Below, piece by piece: positions 33,550 to 41,860 of a stretch of DNA of 46,867 bases. The stretch's first letter is position 1, and every line of letters begins with the position of its first letter. Origin of the DNA: an uncultured Gammaproteobacteria bacterium. GTDB lineage: Bacteria > Patescibacteriota > Patescibacteriia > 2-12-FULL-60-25. Under the pieces are notes generated by a model, which made no database searches, was not told the DNA's origin, and was given only the letters and a program-made list of their open reading frames with translations. The position numbers and the translations under genes were made by a program. The stretch covers positions 1 to 46,867 of the forward strand of contig CAZXFK010000001.1 of assembly GCA_964640115.1 (NCBI GenBank), in the 5' to 3' direction.

Positions 33550-36500
33550 TTAACCTATTTTTACGGCACTCATGATTTTATATTTACCATTTCTGACTCT
33601 TCCTCCACCGGCATCTGTGTAAACATATGGAGCCCTGCTGTTACGGCTGAATAAATCCATATTTTTAATTCCTTTATCTTCCGCCTCCATTCCTTCCAGG
33701 GAATGCGAATACAAACCCACCCCCATTTGCTTGGCTTTTTGACTCGCAAATTTAATAATGGCTTCATTGATCTTAATATGCGCGTTGGTGGAATATACTC
33801 TTTCCAAAAACAATTGCGGTTTTCCATGAGGATCCGCCAACAACCTCATCGCGGCGCGTGAGATGATTTTTCCGGCCTCATCGTAAATCTGAATCATCCT
33901 TACATTGGGATCTACGGAATAAGATAGTAATCCGTAATTCAAGCTCGAATCCGAATCAAAATTTTGACATGACGGCACGGGCTCGGAGCCGATTCTGATA
34001 TATCTGGTTGCATCAAATTTATCGGTAATGGTTAATTCGGCTTTGGCGATTTTTGATTTACCGTAGACTTTCTCAAAACCTTCAAAAACCGTTTCTTTCA
34101 ATCTTTGCAAATCTCCGCCAAAATCCGGATGCTCGTTGCCGTACACATCTTCCAACAATTTAAACACTTGCTTAAATGGTATTTTGGTTTTTTTATAAAT
34201 GATTGATTTGCTTTGCAATTCCTCGGCTGTTAAATCTCTCAATCTATACAGATAGATATACGCCTTTATCTTATCAATTTTTCTTTGATTTTCTTCCAAG
34301 TAATTTTTCAAATCTTCCCTCAATTCTTCAAACTCCCGCAACTCGTCATCCGCAACAAATCGTGCATTCGGATCATTTTTTACTTCTTTCTTTTGCTTTT
34401 CCATTTTCCTTCCTATTTCTTTTATTCTTGTATTAAGCGTTGTTATGGGCAGAATGGCTTTTTCATAATCTAAAACCACGGAGTCAAAAGGCCTTTCCAC
34501 ATCTTCTTTCTTTACGTGGGCGTCCGCAACAGCTTGCTGCAAAATCGCCTTCACTCCCAAACGAATATCATCCATATCGTATTGCAACACTTCATTCAAT
34601 TCTATTTCTTGATCTGTTGTCCAAACTTCATATTGAGGTAAAGTCATGTTTTCCGGTACCAATCCTTGTTTTTGCAAACTTTTGATTCTTTCTTCTTTTT
34701 CCGTATCATTTTCCGGCGCCAAACCATCCCAATTTCTCCACTCTTCAAAATTTCCTTGAAGCAATCTATGCACATAATTTGTAACCGCTTTCGCCATGTC
34801 ATCATCTTTCTTGCAGCGTCCGGTAAAATAAACAATAATCGCTTGTATGGCTTCCATATCCATAAAAATATTTCCCGAATCAAAACTCTGACGGTTTCTT
34901 TGTAAGGCAGCTTCATTTTTCTTGGATTTTTCGCTTTCACTCACTGTTAATTCATCCGATTCTTTACCCTCTATCTCGAATACTTTTTTCAAATAATCCA
35001 TAATACAAATGGATATTTGTTGCATAACTTCCTCCGGATCATCCGTTTCCAGATCAAAATCCAACTTTTTATCCAACTCATAGTAGGAAATAAATGCCAA
35101 CAAAGGCAGCATTGTTTTTCTTTGTTGTGCGTCCAAATTCAAAATTGCCGATTGATTTTTCCTGACAAGCGGACAAGCGCCAAGCAAAGAACATTCAATG
35201 CATAATTTTGCAAATTCATGATTTATGCCCGAATATCCGGCATCCATTCTTGGTCCGTTCAATTCATTTTCTTTATCGGCGATTTGGTTTAATCGCTTTC
35301 GGTACAATTCAAAAAACAAACCGCCCTCCATCAAGTCCAATACATATCTGTAAAAATCCTTTTCCAGAGTTAAACGATCTTGCGCTTCGGCCATTGGGTT
35401 CATCTTATATATTTGCGTTATGCAATCATCAGACATGACACTTTTTAAAAATCTGTAACGGTTTCTGCCTGTTTGTGTAAAAGCTATAATTCGCAAATGT
35501 TTTATTATATGTTTTTCCAATTGATCTTTATAACCCTCCTTGGTCCAAGAATTATGGCGCATTTTTACACTGCCTCTGAATCTGTTTAACAAATCGTTTA
35601 AAATTGCGGGATTTGTCGCCAATGCATCATCAATCACATCGTCCAAAATAGGTACGTTTTGTAAAGCTTTTACACCAAGGCCTTGAGAAGATACCAATAA
35701 TTTGGGATTGTCGGCGCATCTGTTTCCGACCACATCACTCAGTTTTCCGTTGGCAAAAGCCAATAATTTTACTTCATGTTTTTTTAAAATATATTGCCTG
35801 TGATACTGATCATCGTGCCATTTATTTTTAACCGCGTTTTTATTCTTCTCCTGAATTGTTTCTATGGTCGATAAAATAAATAATAATAAAGAATCCGATG
35901 CCCGTTTGGCAATCGCTGATAAAAATTTATTCAAATCTTTCTCTGATTCAATAAATAATAATATTATCTTCTCCGTTGCCCATTGATTATCCATCGTCAG
36001 CCTGTCAACATTTTGAATAATCAATTCTTTAAACTCAACTTTTGTATATATCAACGAATAACCGCTGAAATCTCTTTCAACAAATAAACCGAATGCATGT
36101 TTATCCGCCTCCAAAATTTGTCGGATTTCTTTTCTGTATTTTTCAGGCTTGTGTTTTTTATTCATTTGGCGCATTAAAGCGTTTATTAAATCCGGATTTT
36201 GACCGTTATGCAGGCTCTCGCGAATAATCCGCTCTTGTTCCGCCAAATCAAACACCAGGTCGGCTGTTTTTGAATAATATAAAATTTGCAAAGGATTGGA
36301 TAACATCATGCCTTGCACCATTTCCTTATATTTTTTCGCATCAAAATGAGAATCCAAACCGGCAGACTCCGCTTCTTGGGCTTTTTTTGTTATAACACCG
36401 TAATTTGTTAATAAAATATCTTCTTTTTCGGTTGCTTTTTCCGCCAACTCTCCAACCGTAAACAAATTATTGTCAACCGCATAATTGATGCGTTTTGCGT

Positions 36501-38070
36501 CATCGGTCCAAACACTCGCCGCTTGAAACTTTATCAAATTCAATAATTTTTCTTTATTTTCAGGCGTAAACCAATCAAAAACAACATTCGCATTTGCCGT
36601 CATCAGCTTCAATACCGGATCTTCGTTTTTATAACTAACAATATCGGTCATTAATATCTGCATCACTTCGGGTTCAAAACCCGCATCTATCAAAGCCTTC
36701 ATATCGGACAAATTACTTGCCAAAAAGACTCTCTCATTCAATTCATTTAATCTCTTCAATAATTGCCTCACAAAATCAGCGCTCGATTCTTTATAATTCA
36801 GGTATGTAAAAACGGGAAAACCCACTTCAATCAAATTCGTTAAAAATTTAATTTGAATTTTCAAATCAAAATGACGTTGAATGAACGAAAAATTTTGCAC
36901 TATATGCTCTGTTGCTCTGGCGCGCGAAGAATCCTGTATGGATAAATATTCTTCATAAGCATCTGGCATATCGCTTAAGACGTAAGAAATGGAATCCATG
37001 CTATTCTCATCTTTTCTCTTGGCAATGGCTTCCAATTTTTTGTAACCGCGGGATTCCTCTTCGGATCTGTAGAATGCATCGGCGTTAAAAAACCGCACCA
37101 TTTCCAAAATCTCATGCAATTCTTCCGGATCAATGATTTTAAGCTCAATCAATCTCGGCAGGTACGGCAGCAAAAAATGCGCATGATTCTTTAAGTACCA
37201 TTGATAATATTTCTGCAAATATATTAAACGAGCGCCATCATGCAAATCTCCCGTTTGTGCCGTTGTTTCATCCAAAAGCAGTTCAAACAAAAGTTTGGAT
37301 TTTTCAAAATTTCCGTAATATTTGGCCAAAAAAACCTCCGGCTTCATTTTCTTATCATTAAACTTGGCTTTAAGCTCTCTCAATTCATGAGGCGGTAAAT
37401 CCAAATCGCTGTTTTCTTTTTTAACCGATCGATATTCGTGTTTGGTGCCGGCTGTCATTTGACCGGATTTTGTTAAACGCGGTTGCACCGAAAGCCTCGT
37501 TCCGTCAACAAAGGGAGCGATAAAATGAAAATGCTCCGGCTCTTCTTTTATGAAATAATCAGTTAATTCATCCAAAATGGATCTGATTTTGCCGTATCGT
37601 TTTTCAGCCTTGGCCGAATCCGGAAATTGAAATCTCGATTTTTCCCAATCATGCTGAATATCAAAACTGTAATCATAAATATCGGCGTAGCAATAATGAA
37701 ACACTCTGACATATTTATCATCCAATAATACCTTGGCGATAAATAAACCGATTTTAGCCCTTTCAACCTTACCCATTTGGGCAAGCAGTGCCATAGCCTC
37801 TTCATCCGAAATCAATCTTGCGGTTAAAAACTTCTCCATCAATTCAATACGTTCCTGAGTTTCCATTGTCTGCATGCTTGAATTGAAACTTTTTAACAAA
37901 ATCTCACGTTTCTTTAGATCCAATTCCATCAAATCTCGATTTGCATACATTTTTAATACGTCAAAATCGAATAGATCATTTTTTTGTGGCAAAATTTGCT
38001 CTTCGTATTTAAAACTCTCGGGTCTCCTCTTTTCAAAAGGATTAACAGGTTGAAATGATGCTTCTGGCAT
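33550..38070 (-). CDS. Giant hypothetical protein (1506 aa), predominantly helical, no recognised domain
   Basis: Uninterrupted 4.5-kb ORF beginning 37 nt downstream of the FemAB-type gene on the same strand. I saw no P-loop, transmembrane segment, signal peptide or internal repeat. Confidence 0.7.
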   Translation of the reverse strand: MPEASFQPVNPFEKRRPESFKYEEQILPQKNDLFDFDVLKMYANRDLMELDLKKREILLKSFNSSMQTMETQERIELMEKFLTARLISDEEAMALLAQMGKVERAKIGLFIAKVLLDDKYVRVFHYCYADIYDYSFDIQHDWEKSRFQFPDSAKAEKRYGKIRSILDELTDYFIKEEPEHFHFIAPFVDGTRLSVQPRLTKSGQMTAGTKHEYRSVKKENSDLDLPPHELRELKAKFNDKKMKPEVFLAKYYGNFEKSKLLFELLLDETTAQTGDLHDGARLIYLQKYYQWYLKNHAHFLLPYLPRLIELKIIDPEELHEILEMVRFFNADAFYRSEEESRGYKKLEAIAKRKDENSMDSISYVLSDMPDAYEEYLSIQDSSRARATEHIVQNFSFIQRHFDLKIQIKFLTNLIEVGFPVFTYLNYKESSADFVRQLLKRLNELNERVFLASNLSDMKALIDAGFEPEVMQILMTDIVSYKNEDPVLKLMTANANVVFDWFTPENKEKLLNLIKFQAASVWTDDAKRINYAVDNNLFTVGELAEKATEKEDILLTNYGVITKKAQEAESAGLDSHFDAKKYKEMVQGMMLSNPLQILYYSKTADLVFDLAEQERIIRESLHNGQNPDLINALMRQMNKKHKPEKYRKEIRQILEADKHAFGLFVERDFSGYSLIYTKVEFKELIIQNVDRLTMDNQWATEKIILLFIESEKDLNKFLSAIAKRASDSLLLFILSTIETIQEKNKNAVKNKWHDDQYHRQYILKKHEVKLLAFANGKLSDVVGNRCADNPKLLVSSQGLGVKALQNVPILDDVIDDALATNPAILNDLLNRFRGSVKMRHNSWTKEGYKDQLEKHIIKHLRIIAFTQTGRNRYRFLKSVMSDDCITQIYKMNPMAEAQDRLTLEKDFYRYVLDLMEGGLFFELYRKRLNQIADKENELNGPRMDAGYSGINHEFAKLCIECSLLGACPLVRKNQSAILNLDAQQRKTMLPLLAFISYYELDKKLDFDLETDDPEEVMQQISICIMDYLKKVFEIEGKESDELTVSESEKSKKNEAALQRNRQSFDSGNIFMDMEAIQAIIVYFTGRCKKDDDMAKAVTNYVHRLLQGNFEEWRNWDGLAPENDTEKEERIKSLQKQGLVPENMTLPQYEVWTTDQEIELNEVLQYDMDDIRLGVKAILQQAVADAHVKKEDVERPFDSVVLDYEKAILPITTLNTRIKEIGRKMEKQKKEVKNDPNARFVADDELREFEELREDLKNYLEENQRKIDKIKAYIYLYRLRDLTAEELQSKSIIYKKTKIPFKQVFKLLEDVYGNEHPDFGGDLQRLKETVFEGFEKVYGKSKIAKAELTITDKFDATRYIRIGSEPVPSCQNFDSDSSLNYGLLSYSVDPNVRMIQIYDEAGKIISRAAMRLLADPHGKPQLFLERVYSTNAHIKINEAIIKFASQKAKQMGVGLYSHSLEGMEAEDKGIKNMDLFSRNSRAPYVYTDAGGGRVRNGKYKIMSAVKIG

Positions 38071-38106
38071 ATTAATTATTTCTTAATCGAATCTATCAAA
38101 CACCAC

Positions 38107-39135
38107 TTACATTGGCTTCATCAGTCTTCGGAAAAATACCAATCTGTACAACGGCAAATTCATTGGTAAATCCCATGTACCAACCAAACACTTGCGCTCC
38201 GCTCCCCAGCCCATTTTAAACCTCGTGATTCCCTCCCAACTTGCCTTATACAACGGCGTTGCCTTACTTTCCGGATTACATCCCCAAAAATCATACCACT
38301 TGGCACCTTCGGATTTAGCCTGTTTTATCGCCTCCCACTGCAAGGCATAAGGCGCCATAGCTTGGCGAATTTTAGAGCTGGATGCGCCGTATAAATAAGT
38401 CACCGTATTGCCGTAATTAACCTCCAGATTAGCCGCCAGCATGGCTCCATTTACTTCGGCAACTCTTAAACGCGCCATATGTGCGGCCGCCAAAGTATAT
38501 AAAGTCTTGGATAAATATGCCGAATCATGTTGCACGAATCCGTCACGTAAAGCCGTTTCATCCATCAATCTAATAAATTGATCCACATCTTTTGGATGAT
38601 TTGTGGTTCTGATGGCAACTTCGTGTTTTGCCGCCACTTTAATATTGTAACGCGTCTTTTGATGCATTGCCGAAAGCAAGTCATTTTCAGTTTTGGATAA
38701 ATCCAAAATAGCCGTACAAGCCGGATTCATAGCCGGCACTCGATTCATACGCGGAGGCAAAACTCTTACGTTTGATTTGGGATAAACAAGCGGTTCCATC
38801 CGCCAAAACAATGATTTCGGTATTTGATTCTTGCCATATAATTCGCGGATAAAAATTTTCAAATATTCTTTTCGCTCTTCCTCTGTTACCCGCGGATGAA
38901 ATTGCGGCCCGCGCGGTGTAAACCAATATCCCAATCCGAATCTTTTTGACCTGTACTCCCCCTGCGCCGCCATAATCCACCGTCCATCTTTATCAACCAA
39001 GGCAAACCGTTGCACCGGAAAACCCAAAGATTTTCTAAACTCCCCCCAAACCCAAGACTGCGGAAATTGCATCCAAGCCTGCTGTGATTGAAACGCCTCC
39101 CAATCCATTCTATCGGTTATTTCTTTTATAAGCAT
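38107..39135 (-). CDS. FemAB-family aminoacyl-tRNA-dependent peptidoglycan peptide-bridge transferase
   Basis: FPQSWVWGEFR...HQKTRYNIKVA...TYLYGASS...APYALQWEAIKQAKSEGAKWYDFWG matches the FemX/FemAB pattern. TATAAT lies 6 nt upstream of the ATG, so the mRNA may be leaderless. Confidence 0.85.
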   Translation of the reverse strand: MLIKEITDRMDWEAFQSQQAWMQFPQSWVWGEFRKSLGFPVQRFALVDKDGRWIMAAQGEYRSKRFGLGYWFTPRGPQFHPRVTEEERKEYLKIFIRELYGKNQIPKSLFWRMEPLVYPKSNVRVLPPRMNRVPAMNPACTAILDLSKTENDLLSAMHQKTRYNIKVAAKHEVAIRTTNHPKDVDQFIRLMDETALRDGFVQHDSAYLSKTLYTLAAAHMARLRVAEVNGAMLAANLEVNYGNTVTYLYGASSSKIRQAMAPYALQWEAIKQAKSEGAKWYDFWGCNPESKATPLYKASWEGITRFKMGWGAERKCLVGTWDLPMNLPLYRLVFFRRLMKPM

Positions 39136-39157
39136 AACTCGATTATAACATAAAAAA

Positions 39158-39190
39158 GTCGTAACGTTATAACGTTATAACGTCGTAACG
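39158..39190 (+). repeat. 8-bp tandem array (GTCGTAAC GTTATAAC), family E
   Basis: gtcgtaac gttataac gttataac gtcgtaac. Confidence 0.85.
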
Positions 39191-39194
39191 AAAA

Positions 39195-39411
39195 TTGTCT
39201 GAACCTTGATTATCAAACCGATTACCAACCTAATTAACTTGATTACTAATTGTCTGAACCTTGATTTAAAAACCGATTACCAACCTAATTAACTTGATTA
39301 CTAAAGGTAGAGATAATCATATACATATAGTAATCAAGTTAATATGAGCGTGAATATGAGCGGTAATCCCCCTTCGCCTTTGGCTACGAGGGACACGGTC
39401 AAGGTTCAGAT
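39195..39411. mobile_element. MITE-like element, TGTCTGAACCTTGATT family (copy 3, with 55-bp internal tandem duplication of the left end)
   Basis: TTGTCTGAACCTTGATT...ATTAACTTGATTACTAA occurs at 39195 and 39250. The right terminus is CAAGGTTCAGATA at 39400-39412. No ORF. Confidence 0.6.
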
Positions 39412-39416
39412 AATAG

Positions 39417-39458
39417 CTAGAAGCTAGAAGCTAGAAGCTGGTAGCTGGTAGCTCGTGG
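39417..39458 (+). repeat. Heptamer tandem array, family A, 6 units
   Basis: ctagaag x3 ctggtag x2 ctcgtgg, followed by ctgttaa. It ends 7 nt from the ruvA stop codon. Confidence 0.9.
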
Positions 39459-39465
39459 CTGTTAA

Positions 39466-40023
39466 TTATCGGCTTAGATACTTCAACGCAATCCTCACTC
39501 TTTCCGATGAATTGGTAATCTCCACCGGCACATTCTTGGCCGCTTCTTTTGCTTGCGCGGTTTTATAACCCAATCCTTTAAGCGCATCAATCAGTTCTGT
39601 ATCCATTTCCGATTCCGCGTCGATTTCTACAAGTTGACCCTTGAGCTCAAGAATGATTTTCTGTGCGGTTTTGTTGCCGATTCCCGGCAACGTGGCAAAC
39701 CAAGCCGCGTCACTCTTCATAACCCTCTCGCGCAATTCCGATGGAGTTGCCGAACCGCAAATTGCCAAACCGGCTTTTGGGCCTATGCCGTTAATACTGA
39801 TTAAAATTTCAAAAACCTCCAATTCATCCCTTGATGGAAAACCGTACAAATCATGGGCGTCCTCACGAATATGCTCGTGGATAAAAATCGTAGGTTCATC
39901 ACCCACCGTGAGATCCCCTAACAACCGCAAATGCGCCCGCACTTGATATCCAACTCCGCGTACATCCAAAATAAAAAAACTTGTTGTTTTTTCTATAACT
40001 TCGCCTCGTAACATTCCTATCAT
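39466..40023 (-). CDS. ruvA: Holliday junction DNA helicase subunit RuvA
   Basis: MIGMLRGEV...VGYQV N-terminal OB fold plus HhH motifs (INGIGPKAGLAI, LPGIGNKTAQKI). Confidence 0.9.
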   Translation of the reverse strand: MIGMLRGEVIEKTTSFFILDVRGVGYQVRAHLRLLGDLTVGDEPTIFIHEHIREDAHDLYGFPSRDELEVFEILISINGIGPKAGLAICGSATPSELRERVMKSDAAWFATLPGIGNKTAQKIILELKGQLVEIDAESEMDTELIDALKGLGYKTAQAKEAAKNVPVEITNSSERVRIALKYLSR

Positions 40024-40102
40024 ATAAACATAGATTAAATGCCAAACAACTTACTGGCAAGTTTTGTAATATAAAACCCCAAGCGAGCGCCTGGGGTTGC
40101 CA

Positions 40103-41689
40103 TTATTGGCCGATGACTCCGGGAATGTAATCCATTCCTGGAATGGGTTGAGAAGAATATCCGGTTTTGGTTGAATGAGGTTTTGTCTTCGACCGCTTTT
40201 CCGCATCGGCTTTTACCGTTCTTGAATCAGCCGTCTTCTTCACAGCCTCCTCATCCAAAATCTCTCCCGCATCTGCGGACGATTCCGGTGAAGCGGATGA
40301 CTTTGACACGGCGGATACGGTGACCAATCGTCGAGACTCATCGATTCCCGCTGACTTCACGGGATCAGTCTTAACCATTGGCATTTTTTCGGTTTGAGCG
40401 TTGTCGAAAAACGGCAACGCACGAACGCGAAAGTGAAAAATCGCGGTTCCCGAAACCATCAAGACAATAAGCGATGCAATCAGCAATATGCTGAAATTTG
40501 CAGATGAACGTCGAGCTTTCTTGCCTTCATTCGCAACTTCCGGGACCGGCTTTTTAACCGTCGGCTTCTCGAACATGATTTTGGGATCCATGTTCAAATG
40601 GCTGACGCGCGGCATATTTACGGGAATCGGCTTCGGAGGAGTGGAAGGCGCGGCCATTGTCGCCGCCTCCGGGTCTGTGAGCATTTCTTCGGGTTGCAAT
40701 GAAGCCGGAGGAAACTCGCTCATGGAAACATGCGGCAAACGCAATTCCATACGGTTCAATTCCTCCAAAATCTCATCCATGCTCTCGGGACGCTTGGCCG
40801 GATCGTGCTCCATGCAATGCATCGCCAAGGCTGCCAGCAAAGGATCAACGCCCAAACAATAAGTATCAATCGACGTGGGTTTAACGTCGCCGAAAGTCAC
40901 TTTGGAAAGCACGCTCATGCGGTGCTCATCCTCAAAATCAAACGGCGAAACACCGGTGATCATTTCGTAGAGAACGACACCGAAAGCCCAAATATCCCCT
41001 TTCACATCAGGCCCGCCTCCGCGCGCCTGTTCGGGGCTTAAATATTCGGGCGTGCCTCGGAAAAATCCTTGTACGGTGAGCTTTGAATGCTTGGCATCTT
41101 GTTCTTTATCGAAAAATCTCGCTATGCCAAAATCCATCACACGGACAAATGCATTTCTGCCGTTGCCCGCGATCAAAACATTGGCCGGCTTAAAATCCCG
41201 ATGCTGGACTCCGCGCATATGGGCGTCGCGCAATCCACTGCCCATCGATATGGCGTAATACAACAAATCACCGAAAGGAATGCACGTGCCTCTATGCAAA
41301 GCCGCGACCGGCATCAACTTTCTGGATTCGTTGATTATGTTTTCCAAAGTCCTGCCCCCCGAGATAAACGGAAACACGAAATACGGATAACTGTCATTGC
41401 CATCCATATAAATTCCTGCATCTTCTAGAGGCAAAATATTCGGTCCCTTAACGGTTCGCAGGATATGCTCTACCCGGCGAAACCTCTTCATCTCCAAAGG
41501 ATCTTCGATCACGTAGTGTAACTTGATGGCAACCAAATGACCGTCACCCAATGACTTGGCTTTGTACACCACAGCTTCACCGCCGGAATTGATTTGCTTT
41601 TCCAGCTCATATTGACCTTTTCCGGCTTCACCGATTCTTGTACCACTCGGAAAAATCTTAATCACACTTTCTTTTGGATCCGTTGTCAT
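40103..41689 (-). CDS. Hanks-type Ser/Thr protein kinase with one transmembrane helix and low-complexity extracellular tail
   Basis: VAIK, HRDFKPANVL, DFGIA and GTPEYLSPEQ motifs. Transmembrane helix FSILLIASLIVLMVSGTAIF. No PASTA repeats seen. The start is set at the Met preceded by AAAGG. Confidence 0.85.
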   Translation of the reverse strand: MTTDPKESVIKIFPSGTRIGEAGKGQYELEKQINSGGEAVVYKAKSLGDGHLVAIKLHYVIEDPLEMKRFRRVEHILRTVKGPNILPLEDAGIYMDGNDSYPYFVFPFISGGRTLENIINESRKLMPVAALHRGTCIPFGDLLYYAISMGSGLRDAHMRGVQHRDFKPANVLIAGNGRNAFVRVMDFGIARFFDKEQDAKHSKLTVQGFFRGTPEYLSPEQARGGGPDVKGDIWAFGVVLYEMITGVSPFDFEDEHRMSVLSKVTFGDVKPTSIDTYCLGVDPLLAALAMHCMEHDPAKRPESMDEILEELNRMELRLPHVSMSEFPPASLQPEEMLTDPEAATMAAPSTPPKPIPVNMPRVSHLNMDPKIMFEKPTVKKPVPEVANEGKKARRSSANFSILLIASLIVLMVSGTAIFHFRVRALPFFDNAQTEKMPMVKTDPVKSAGIDESRRLVTVSAVSKSSASPESSADAGEILDEEAVKKTADSRTVKADAEKRSKTKPHSTKTGYSSQPIPGMDYIPGVIGQ

Positions 41690-41860
41690 TTTCCGACCTT
41701 TCGTTTGTAAAGAGCAAAACCTTGCGCCATTCGCGCAAAGTTCAGGTTCATCCGAATACATCAATCTAACTCATTTTAGCGATAATGTCAATATCTTGGC
41801 TTAACAAAGACCAAAAAACGCGCCATATAGACGCGTTTTAAGTGTTTTTCAGATCTGAAC

